Positions 49,604 through 60,810 of a stretch of 64,000 nucleotides of DNA are shown here, in pieces. The stretch is from Eledone cirrhosa (lineage: Eukaryota). The position numbers and the translations under genes are program-made. Under the pieces are notes generated by a model, which worked only from the letters and a program-made list of their open reading frames with translations, was not told where the DNA came from and made no database searches. The stretch is from positions 219,232,001 to 219,296,000 of the forward strand of contig OZ024743.1 in NCBI GenBank assembly GCA_964016885.1, in the 5' to 3' direction. Within the stretch, counting starts at the first letter, position 1. Each line of letters opens with the position of its first letter.

Positions 49604-51404
49604 ATCGTTTGAAAAGATCAATGAAGAACCGATCTGACATAATATAACTACCAGCAGCGCTGGACGGCTGTTTTGTACATATCACGAGCACTGGAGGCGG
49701 ATGCGTGTGGTGTAAGTTTCAGTGATTGAGTGAGTGAGAGAGAACGAGTGAGATAATAGAGATGAAGATAGAGAAGGAATCTGTAAAATTAGAAAGGAAG
49801 AGAGAATGCTAGAGTAAAAAGAGATGTTTGTTATGTCATGGAGGGAGACGTTTGCAAGAGGAAGAGGCGAGAAAAAATTGTTAAAAAGAGAAACAGCTAA
49901 ATGAAAAAAAAGAGGAAGTAGTGATAGATATAAAGATAAGAGGGAGGAAAACAGAGGAAGTAGAGATAAATATAAAGATCAGAGGGAGGAAAAAAATGAT
50001 AAAGTGATAAGAAGGTTATGACAATAGATGTGTTATATATCGCCCTCTGTCCACCGCAGAGACGTCGTCGAGACGAATGAAAGAAAACAAAACAACTAAA
50101 CCGGTGCTAAACAAACATTGCTACAAGAAGTTGTTTATATATTTTGTTCCAGGACTACTGCTTCCACCGTTATTAATTTCCTTTGGCTATAAGTCCTTTA
50201 CGATTTATTGGTTGTGAGTTCGTGACGTTTGGTATTTTTACAAAGTGTAGTAGACTCGGCTCAAAAGCTCGCCTCTCAGTCAACTGTGCACTCAATAGTT
50301 TTAACTAATTAATTATTAATGTTGTATAAATAACGTTACAAATTGTTTATAATTCTTACAGATGAAAATATAAATACAAATAATATGTACAATTAATTAT
50401 TCGTCGAGGTTAACTTTGCCTTTCATCCTTACAGGGTCGATAAAATAAAGTACCAGTAATGCACTAGAATAATTGCTGGCCTTGTGCCAAAAATAGAAAC
50501 AATTATTGCTAGCAGCCTTATAAATATAATAAACAAAAAACAACAACAAAAAAAAACAAATCAAAGCGAGAGACCCCACCCCAAAAACAAAAACTATCAA
50601 TTCACCACTAAGTGTGTCAGTCAGTCACACACCACAAGGGCCAAATGAAATTTACGAGACAAGCCAACACGCTCGCAGCATTACCGTGGGTAATGGCAGG
50701 CTAAGGCGCTGAAACAACCAGGAGGGTTGGATTTAGACCGGGGCACTTCAGTTTTTTTTTTGTGATGATGGTGGTCGTGGGGAGGGGTTCATACACAAAA
50801 AATTAGAATACACAGCAAACCACCCTAATTTTACATATTAAAGCTAGCTTGGCACAACTAATTTGAATTGAAAAGTTATACATACAAGTATTAAATAAAT
50901 TTTTTTTAACCATCTCTAAACTAAAAAGCCCAGCTGAGGGCACAAATAAATTGCTACGGCCGTCACTGCAAGGGGCTCCGAAGCAATTGCCCCCTTTCCC
51001 TCTATAAAATCCTGCCCTGCAACCAGGTACCCTCACGTGAATTAATGGTGCTGATAATGGTGCTATTTTTACTACGTCAAATATAAAAATCGATACCAAG
51101 TGATGCTTGATACTCAGAAGAGGATTATCTACACCTTGGTATGAATCTAATTACCCTAACCAGTTACCAAATGACCATACTTAAGATATATACTTTTACT
51201 TGATTACAGCTGTAATTCTTGTTTAGTCTCCAGGTCAACTCTGATTGAACAGACCTATGATCAATATTTGAAAAATATATTCTTTGATATTGTTGTCACC
51301 TCTTCTATGTTGACTGTTCTTATCTATTATTTTCATTTTTATGCAAAAAAAAAAACATTCTTAACTATGGAATGAAATCAAAGACATCATCTATCCATAT
51401 TATT

Positions 51405-51875
51405 ATTCGAGGTTAACTTTGCCTTTCATCCTTATGGGGTCGATAAAATAAAGTACCAGTAATGCACTGGGATAATTGCTGGCCTTGTGCCAAAAGTTAG
51501 AAACAATTATTATTCTGCTACGTAGAGTTATGACCCTTTACGTTCTGAGTTCAAATCCAGCTGAGGTTAACTTTGCCTTTCATTCTTACAAGGTCAATAA
51601 AATAAAGTACCAGTAATACACTGAAGTCGATTTAATTGATTTTCCTCCTCGCTTAAAATTATTGGCCTTGTGCCTAAATCAGAAACCATTATTATTCTAC
51701 TACGGTGGATTGGCAGTATTGGTGGAGGGTCGGACGCCATGCTTTGACGCATTCTGAGTTCAAATCCCGCCGAGGTTAACTTTACCTTTCACCCTTACGG
51801 GGTCGATAAAATAAAGTACCAATAATGCACTGGGTATTTGCTGGCCTTGTGCCTAAATCAGAAATCATTATTATT
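51405..51875 (+). mobile_element. Three head-to-tail copies of SINE family A
   Basis: Two 5'-truncated copies and one internally deleted copy, each ending in attattattct. Confidence 0.85.
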
Positions 51876-52204
51876 CTACTATGGTTCAACTCTTTTGAAG
51901 TTGGCCACTCACAGTAGTAAGCCCTGTGAGTTGGAATGGTTATTTCAACGCGCCTCTCTCATTAACCTCTGGGGCAATGCTTTCTTTATTCTGTCTGTTA
52001 AGACCATGAGATGACTTGTGCCTGGGGTTCTGTATGACAGATAATGTTCCCCCACACAGCCCATGCCTATATCATTGGGGTAGCAGAGAATGTTCCCCCA
52101 CACAGTCCATGTCTGTATCATTGGGGTAGTGATGACTGAGCATTCTTTTTCATATTTTTGTTGTATTTAGATTCATTGTTGTTATTATTTACTTTCAGCG
52201 ATAC

Positions 52205-52423
52205 ATGCAGGGGTCAGCTGAACAGTTCATAGGCTGAAAAGATCATTGGCTGACCAAGATACTGTCATGGAATGATCAAATGAGGTTTATTTTTCAACAT
52301 AGTCCCTGAAAAGAAATAATGCAGTTATTATTAAGAAGAGTTGAAATTAATGCATGCAAGATTTCTCACCATTAGCATCACTCCTTCATAGTCAGCATAT
52401 GAACTTTTCAGCTGACCCTCATA
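52205..52423. mobile_element. Mariner-like MITE (other copies at 3100-3285, 27300-27503, 33124-34040)
   Basis: TIRs gggtcagctgaa-agttcata-gctga / tcagcatatgaacttttcagctgaccc; same internal sequence in four places. Confidence 0.8.
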
Positions 52424-53832
52424 AACTGACAAGCTTACAAAGAAATTGGACAAGTTTAAAAATTAAAAAATTATTTGCATTCACTACTTTGGTGAAGCTT
52501 TAACAAATCTCAAGATGTTGTACCCTCCCAGTAAACAAAGTACAGTTGTGCTCTTCATAATTTTGGCAGCATCTTTTCTGGCTGGATACCCTTCCTATTA
52601 CCAGCCACTTTACAGCATAGACTGGATGCATTATTTGCACCACCAGTACAAGAGAAGTTGTCATACTGCACTCGTGAGTCCTCCCCACCCTATATCAGTT
52701 ATTTGGAACGTCTGCTCTCCTAGATGGGTTGCCTTCACTACAGCTCATGGAGTCCACATCTGCTATCCAAATAAACCCATCTAACCCATGCAAGTGTAGA
52801 AAATGAACGTTAAATGATGATGATGTTGTTGGGACCACTTTGTGGCACTTATGGTCCTACTGTTGACAAAATCTCGGTTTTTACTCTTAATACCTATTGT
52901 ATCTACTTGAATATAAGCTGAGGAATATGTGACCAAAAAATTGATGGTAGAGCAAAGGGTCAGCTTATATCCAGGGTCAATATTTTGACAATCTTCACCA
53001 ATTTCAAATTCTTGGATTTTTGCCCATTTCTCAGACATAAAAACGTGGGGTCAATTAGTATTCGTATCAGCTTATATTTGTATCGGCTTATCTTCAAGTA
53101 TATACCGTATATGCTACCAGATGTACTGAGGCATTGACAATTAAATATCTTTGTGATGAACATAACACAATACTGAAGAGTGGATATTGACTGTTGACCC
53201 TTCAAGTGGTACATTGTTAACACTTGGTAGTTAGTATTAAGCCTTCAATTAGCATATCAATAAGTTCAGAAAGATTTTTAAAAAATGCAGTGAAAAACAC
53301 CTTTAGTTGTTAACAAATATTTCATTTCTTAAACTAATATGGTAGACAATTCCAGGCATGTTTGATGTTTATTATAGCTTCCTCAATAGATGTGGAGCCT
53401 CATTACAATTTGCCAAAGTATTAACAAATAAATGACCAAATAACTTGTATATAGAAATATATATTTGTTATTGTTGTTGTTTTCTTCTTCTTCTTCATCT
53501 TCTTCTCCCCCCCTCCTCCTCCTCCCCCTTATTCCTGAGAGGGTTGTGGGTGCAGAGTCCTCAAACACTCCTTCCAGTAGGTCCTGTCAGAAACAACCGT
53601 CCCCAAGCAAGACCAGCCAAGCTCATGGATGTTATCCAACCATCATGCTTGGGATCTACCCCTGGGTCTCCTGCCAGATTTGTTGATATATGAAATAGAA
53701 ATGTATATTTGTAGATATATAAAAAAATATTTACAAATTAAATAGTTGGTAGTCAGTTGGTTATTTGAAACCACACTGACTTATCCATTGTGATTCTATA
53801 GAAAAATATAAATGCAAAAGTGTAAATGAAAA

Positions 53833-54064
53833 TTAACCCTTTAGCAATTATTTACATTACTCTATGTATACTATTGTATTTATTATTGTATTTTTACGGT
53901 AAACAATTAACCTCACATAATATCAAATCTACAAGATTTTGATATTATTTATTTTGAGAAAAATACGTTAACATAAGTATGAGCAGCCGGTTACAGTCAG
54001 TTTGAACTGAAGGAGGTGACAGAATTCTGGCTTGATATGGCCAGTTTAAATGCTAAAATGTTAA
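53833..54064. mobile_element. piggyBac-like MITE (other copies at 23540-23742, 55856-56394, 62942-63155; partial at 20835-20900)
   Basis: TTAA-CCCTTTAGCA ... TAAATGCTAAA(GGG)-TTAA ends; shared internal sequence. Confidence 0.75.
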
Positions 54065-54165
54065 ATATGAAATCTATCACCTTCACGGTCGCCCATCCCA
54101 TCCATCTCTCACTCTCCACATTTCACACTTACTGTTAGTTATACAACATTCAGCCAGGAACCGGC

Positions 54166-54437
54166 ATGTAGCTATTACTCACATGTAGCTATTACAGGCA
54201 TGTAGCTATCACTCACATGTAGCTATTACTAACATGTAGCTATTACTCACATGTAGCTATTACTGGCATGTAGCTATTACTGATATGTAACTTTTACTAA
54301 CATGTAGTTATTACTCACATGTAGCTATTACTGACATGTAGCTATTACTCACATGTAGCTATTACTCACATGTAGTCTTTACTTACATGTAGCAATTACT
54401 CACTTGTAGCCATTACTAACATGTAGCTATTATTCAC
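54166..54437. repeat. 17-bp minisatellite (about 16 units)
   Basis: catgtagctattactca repeated. Confidence 0.95.
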
Positions 54438-54467
54438 TCTTTCTCCATTACTCCCTTTATTACCCAT

Positions 54468-54895
54468 ACTAGCAGAAAAACCACCCTTTGCAAGTATATA
54501 TATGCATGTAGATATGATACATCAAATAAAATCGTAATATCCACAGAAATTGAACGAAGACTGTGTTACACTGTCTTCTGTAATCAGTAACGTAATCTGT
54601 GATACATTAAAAAAAGACGATATTATATATAAACTGCATTAGGAGAAAATTATTGACAGAAATATATGAATATTTATTTAAGCGATCACCACTGGAAGTG
54701 TTGACATTTGAAAATTTTAAAGAAGTGAATCTTTAAATAAGTAATAAAATATATTTAATGAACAGCCACGAAATTTAGTAGATAAATTATGTAATATTCA
54801 TTCATTATTTATTCAAAGTAATCCAACTTATTTTACTAATGGGATAAAAAATTATAAACCGTACGCAGTCCTGAGCTTTATTATAGTTTAGATGG
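54468..54895 (-). mobile_element. Helitron-like repeat (related copy at 61190-61525)
   Basis: tactagc end; about 150 nt shared with 61275-61525, ending ttattatagtttagat. Confidence 0.45.
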
Positions 54896-55886
54896 TGCTA
54901 ATAAGTTACACATGGCCGGGAGCAATGCTGGCCAAAACCTATCAAAGTCATACTCTCTCATACCCCTGTTTCCCCTTATTACACTCATAATCAGACATAT
55001 TTTCCCTCTTATTTATCACCCCTCCTATTTTACCGAGTATAGATGATTCTTTAGCTGTGCAAGGAGCAAGGTAACTTCTCTAGTACTGGTGTCACTATGA
55101 AATGCACTCAATACACTGTCAAGTGACTGGCATTTGAATGGTAGCAACATAGAATAGAGAGGAGTCTTCAGACTTATCTAGAACAAAAACTTACTAGTGC
55201 TGGTGCTATAATGAAATGCATGAGTAAACTCTGCAAAGCGGTTGGTGACAGGAAGATAATCAAGCCGTAGAAACCATGACAAAAATAGAATGTAGAAGAC
55301 TCAGGGTCGAGAAGATTTTCCGTTGTGTCAAGGACATGACAGCCTCCTTAGTGTGTGGTGACCTACATGATAAATGCACCCAGTACATGCTGTAAAGTGG
55401 TTGGGGATAAGAAGGTAATCCTGCCGTAGAAACTATGACAAAAATAGAAAATATTGAATTAAAAGTGGACATCCAATCTGCCTAGAAGGATAGTAGCTCC
55501 AGTTAAGTACTAACCTAGTCTTTAACGACCCATCCAACCCACTCCAGGATAAGATGATGGTTGCAAAATAATTGTTTCTACATTAGGCACATGGTCAGCA
55601 AGCTGAAGCGGAGAAGAAAGTTGATTAAATAAACCACAGTGCGTTATTGGTGCTTTACTTTATCAACCTCATAAGGATGAAAGTCAAAGCTAACCTCGGC
55701 AGGACTTGAACTCAGAATGTAAAGGGCTGTAACTATATGCCACAAAGCATGTTGTCTGATGTTCAAGGATATATAATCAGCTGGAAATATATACCTGTTA
55801 TTTAATTCTTCAAAAACATTGTTAATCAAGGAATATAATACATCACCAAAATTCCTTAACCCTTTAGCATTTACATTACTCTATAT

Positions 55887-56225
55887 ATCATCATCATCAC
55901 CGTTTTACGTCCGTTCTTCCATGCTAGCATGGGTTAGACGGGTTGTCCTGTTGTGGGCAGTGTCTGGTCGGCTGACCATGCCTTGCTCATACAGGAACTG
56001 ATTTTCGCTTGATATCTACAGCTGGATGCCCTTCCTAACACCAACCTCATTTACAGTGAGTGCTGGGTGCTTTTTTCCATGGCGCCTACACGTCCACTTT
56101 ACAGTGTGGGCTGGGTGTTTTTTTGCCGTGGCACCACCACGACCACTTTGCAGTGGGAGGATGTGGGGGCATATTGTCTATATGCTTCAGCTTTGGATTG
56201 TACTCATGGGAAGTCGGGTACTACA
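55887..56225 (-). mobile_element. Short 3' end of the young RTE family, inserted in a piggyBac-like MITE
   Basis: Near-identical to the A1-A3 3' UTR with (CAT)n; interrupts the element 55856-56394. Confidence 0.9.
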
Positions 56226-57879
56226 ATTGTATTTTCACGGCAAAGGCTTTATCTCACATAATATTGAATCTATGAGACTTTGATATTACTTATTTTGTGT
56301 ACAATACCTTAATGTTGGTATGAGCAACCGGTTACAGCCGGCTTGAACAGAAAGAGGTGAGAGAATTCTGGCTAGTTTAAATGCTAAAGGGTTTATGTCA
56401 CTTAAATTGAATCAATAAAATCAATGGAATTTGAAAGATTTAGTCTTTCTCAATGATTGGTTGTACTTGCAAACACTACATTTACAATTCTTTACTGAAA
56501 TCGATGTAATTCTTCTTGAATCTGTGAGAAAGAAATTTTCTCTGAATAAATGTTTCTTGTTATATCAATATGACATAAGTCTCTTAGTCTAAGAGATTTT
56601 TTATTCTAAGGAGATTCATGGAAATACATAATATATCTAACAATGCTACATACTGTTACATGACTGAAGATTTTGCATTAGTAACTGTTTTCAAACTTGA
56701 TTTATTCTTGTTTGGTTCTGATTCTGGTTCAAAGATTAGACAAAACCATGCAAGTTTTTCTTTTGTCTTGCATATTTGGCTAGCATATGTAATACGGTAG
56801 TGGTAAACTTCTAGTGAGCTGAGTAAATAATCTAATTTTGGTTTTTGGTTTAAGTAATTTCTTCTTCTTTAGATTGGCAATATCGATAGAGTGTCGGACA
56901 ACATGCTTGGCAGCATAGAGTTACGGCCCTTTACGTTCTGATGTCAAATCCCGCTGGGATTAGCTTTACCTTTCATTTTACAAGTTCGATAAAATAAAGT
57001 ACCAGTAATGCACTGGGGTAGATTTAATCGACCCCGCCTCAAATTGCTGGCCTTGTGCCTAAAGTAAAAATAATAATAATAATAATTATATTTCATCCTT
57101 ATGGGGTCGATAAATAAAGTACCAGTAATGTACTGGGGTAATTGCTGGCCTTGTGCCAAAAGTAGAAACAATTATTATATTACAATTAAATTGTAACAAT
57201 TTAATTTCAATAAAATGGTTTAAACTGTCATTGGGAAAGGCATGGGTAGGTAGTATTGTTTCTCATTTATCCATACTGTACAAATTCTATGCTTATGCAA
57301 TAAACTGTAATTAGATAGAAAATCCTTGTTTTAGCAAAAATCCATTTTCTTAATGTCTAAAATTCTATCCATCCACATTGCTCTTCTCCTCCTCCTCCTC
57401 CTCCTTCTTCTTCTTCTTACTATGAGACAAGCAGGTAGACTATCCCATGATAGCCATATCAGAGGCATTTTGTGTAGGATATATACATATGTAAACACTA
57501 TTGGATGGCTGTCGACTCATATGAGTTCCTCTACCCTTTGTCAAGTTTTGTTTTTCATCCTGCAGGGTGTCCAAAATCCTCCTCCTCACCAAGCAAAGTT
57601 GGTGTCTTTGCTGGTTTAGTTGCGAACGGCCCAACCATGTGACTGGTTGTACTGGGTTACATCTTACCAGTAGCAGTCAGGAGTGACCTGACATATACAC
57701 TACATGATATGTAAGGGCGGTGGATTGGCAGTATCGGTAGAGGGTCGGCGCCATGTTTTGACGCATAGAGTTACGGCCCTTGCCATTCTGAGTTCAAATC
57801 CCGCCAAGGTTAACTTTGCCTTTCATCCTTACGGGGTTGATAAAATAAAGTACCAGTAATACACTGGGTAATTGCAGCT

Positions 57880-58160
57880 GCCACTGACTCCCCTCTCTAT
57901 AACGGAGGTCGCTTGCAGATGCCGGGATGACACTGACTTCTACTTCTGTGTCGATTAAGAATCTGACTGGAGATCTCATCATAGACATACAGGACAGTTG
58001 ATCATGTTTGCTGACCACCAGGGTGTTTATTGGTGGTTGGTCCTAGAGTTTCTCCCGGAGTCAATGATGAAGAACTATTGAAGTTACGTGGTTAATTGGT
58101 ATCTTTTGTTTCAAATTTCTTGTGAAAGAAACACATATCACTTTACGTGACCTCATTGTC
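57880..58160 (-). mobile_element. Gypsy-like gag/protease remnant
   Basis: RFLIDTEVEVSVIP (degenerate FLIDTGAEVSVIP) downstream of a CFFHKKF knuckle-like segment. Confidence 0.55.
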
Positions 58161-58430
58161 TTGTGGTTGACCTCGTGGTGTTGATTCTCCCTCATTACAC
58201 CCTTTTCTGCCTCTTTCCCACACTTTCACACTTCGTATCCCTCTTTACCCCTCTTCCCTACTTTTCCCCATTTTTCAACCTCTCTTTCCCTATTTCTTCA
58301 ACCTGCTGTCTTCCCTCCTCTTTTCCATCCTTCCTTCCCTTGATGTTTTTCCTCCCCTTCTTCCACTTCTACCCTCTTTCTCCCTTTCTTGATTTCACTC
58401 ACCACTTTACCTACCATTTTACCCATCATT

Positions 58431-58617
58431 GTGGATTGGCAGTATCGGTAGAGGGTTGGACACCATGCTTTGCAGCAGAGTTACGGCCCTTTATGGTCTG
58501 AGTTCAAATCCCGCCGAGGTTAATTTTGCCTTTCATCCTTACAGGGTCGATAAAATAAAGTACCAGTAATACACTGGGATAATTGCTGGCCCTGTGCCAA
58601 AAGTAGAAACAATTATT
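58431..58617 (+). mobile_element. tRNA-derived SINE family A, representative copy
   Basis: gtggattggcagtatcggtag (A box), gagttcaaatcc (B box), gcctttcatcct..ggggtcgataaaataaagtacc central domain, AT-rich end; about 20 copies, e.g. 28610, 29595, 30801, 50405, 51405, 51520, 51702, 56872, 57717, 61320 (+) and 22454, 32500, 32733, 55570 (-). Confidence 0.88.
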
Positions 58618-58631
58618 TTACCTACCACTTT

Positions 58632-59500
58632 GGGGGGGGGGGGGCGTTTTTTATTTGGGGGATCCGTTTTTTATTGGGGGGGGGGGGGTGTCCGTTTCTT
58701 ATTTGTGGGGATCCATTTTTTATTTGGGGGTGGTCCGTTTTTTATTTGAGGGGGGATACGTTTTTTATTTGGGGGTCCGTTTTTTATGGGGAGGTCCGTT
58801 TTTTATTGGGGGGGCCATTTTTATTTTGGGTGGGATCCGTTTTTTATTTGGGGGGATCCGTTTTTTATTCGGTGAGGATCCGTTTTTTATTTGGGAGGGG
58901 ATCCGTTTTTTATTTGGGGGTCCGTTTTTCATTGGGGGGGGTCTGTTTTTTATTTGGGGGTCCGTTTTTATTTTGGGTGGGATCCGTTTTTTATTTTTGG
59001 GGGGGATCCGTTTTTTATTCGGTGGGGATCCATCCGTTTTTTATTTGAGAGGGGATCCGTTTTTTATTTGGGGGTCCGTTTTTTATTTGGGGGGTCTGTT
59101 TTTATTTTGGGTGGGATCCGTTTTTTATTTGGGGGGGGGGATCCGTTTTTTATTCGGTGGGGATCCATCCGTTTTTTATTTGAGGGGGGATCCGTTTTTT
59201 ATTTGGGGGTCCGATTTTTATTTGGGGGTTCTGTTTTTTATTTGGCGGTCCGTTTTTTATTCGGGAGGGGATCCGTTTTTTATTTGGAGGGGGGGGTCCG
59301 TTTTTTATTCGTAGGGGATCTTTTTTCTATTAGGGGGGGGGATCCGATTTTTACCCACAATAATTATTTTACCTACCATTTTACCCACAATAACTATTTT
59401 ACTCACCACTTTACCCCAAATAATTATTTTACCCACAATAATCTCTTACCTACCACTACCCACAATATCATTTTACCCACCACTTTACCCACAATAATTA
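58632..59500. repeat. G-run minisatellite (GnATCCGTTTTTTATTT, ~20 bp) followed by ttttacccacaataat repeats
   Basis: About 35 units at 58632-59350; the second motif runs to 59500. Confidence 0.95.
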
Positions 59501-59504
59501 TTAT

Positions 59505-59960
59505 GTGTCCAGCGATTCTTTACTGAGACATTCTAACCATGCTCATAATATTGGAGTTGTGATTTCTCAATTTGGAGAAGTAGCGGCTCTACCAGGAGTG
59601 ACTCTCTGGTCTCTGATCTATGCACTTTATCGAGTAACGTTACTCCAAAGACCCTTCAGAGGAATCCCATTTCTGCCACTTTTATTTGCAATTGTATTCT
59701 TTTTGTCATTACTCAATATTCATGATCCTAGGTAAGAGTTGGCAGGAATATGAGGAAGACAACGAGTTTGGCTTTTACACCTACCCCCTTCTTCTGATTG
59801 CTGAATGCTGAGGCTGGCGTATTACTGCATCAGCTTTTGCAATTCTTGCACTTAATTCAGCCTCCTGCATTCCATCACTCATGAACACGGCTCCAAGATA
59901 TTTGAACTTCTCTAACTGCTTCAGTAGAACTCCATTCACATGTATATAAATTTGAGGGAC
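59505..59960 (-). mobile_element. Decayed LINE RT C-terminal fragment (RTE-like, different family)
   Basis: IHVNGVLLKQLEKFKYLGAVFMSDG..EAELSARIAKA. Confidence 0.75.
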
Positions 59961-60149
59961 TTCTGTCCACCCGTCTATCACGCAATGTGAATGTGTGTTT
60001 GTGTGAATGTATGTGTGTGTAAAAGGAAGGAAAGGGATATACACATATATATATGTATTAAAAACAGTGACACACACACACGTGTCTCTAATTTAAGAAC
60101 GCCAACAAACTCACGCGTGCACACATACACACACTATCCTATTACCACT

Positions 60150-60810
60150 CAATAGCTTGGGCCCGGGCAAACATCCCCTCAATTTTGGAACCGTCTGGGT
60201 TGTCCTGAATTGATGGGAAAAGACTTGACGGTCTTACTCTGTGCTCCTGGTCAAGAGGCAGGTGCCTTACCTGGGACATCACAGTTAGTGACTCTTTTGC
60301 TTCTTCCCACATTCTGGATGCAGCGGTAAGGGCGAGAGCTACAGCATCCGCAGCTGAACGGAACCGAATCCTAAAATACCGTGTTCTGTCAGCTAACTAC
60401 ATTATCCAGTCTGTGGTGTTTGAGACGTTTGGGGAAGTCGGGCTACTAACTGTGAGATTCTTATCTTCACTGGCGGCTCGCCAAACAGAGGTAACTGGTG
60501 ATGCTCATGAGGGCACTTGGTTATTCCAGCACCTCAGCCTCGCCATCACCCCAGGTAACGCTGCGAGCGTGCTGGCCTGCCTCAAAAATTATTAGAGAGG
60601 TTTCCCAGTGCTCCTCGCTATATTGCTATCTTTTGCTCTGGTAGCGGCTCGTTTTCCCACTGCATACTGTTCTGTGGCCTAAGATGTGTGTATTACGTGC
60701 TTGTGTATTTTTTCTCTTTCTTTTTTTCCTTTCCCTTTCCTTTGTACATATTATATTTGTTAGTGTTTTCGTTCTGTAACCATTATATTAAATGAGTTTA
60801 AAAAAAAAAG
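60150..60810 (+). mobile_element. 3' remnant of a CRE-like (restriction-like endonuclease) non-LTR retrotransposon
   Basis: ILEPSGLS*IDGKRLDGLTLCSWSRGRCLTWDITVSD...AE...KY...VFETFG...TGD...LFQHLSLAI..GNAASV; 3' UTR and A-tail at 60800-60809. Confidence 0.8.

Noticed and set aside
50930-51022. GC-richer patch, possibly a promoter element or Harbinger-type MITE end
   Set aside because: No paired TIR, TSD or second copy visible.
58655-59526. 219, 211 and 124 aa Gly/Phe-rich ORFs
   Set aside because: Translations of a stop-poor minisatellite.
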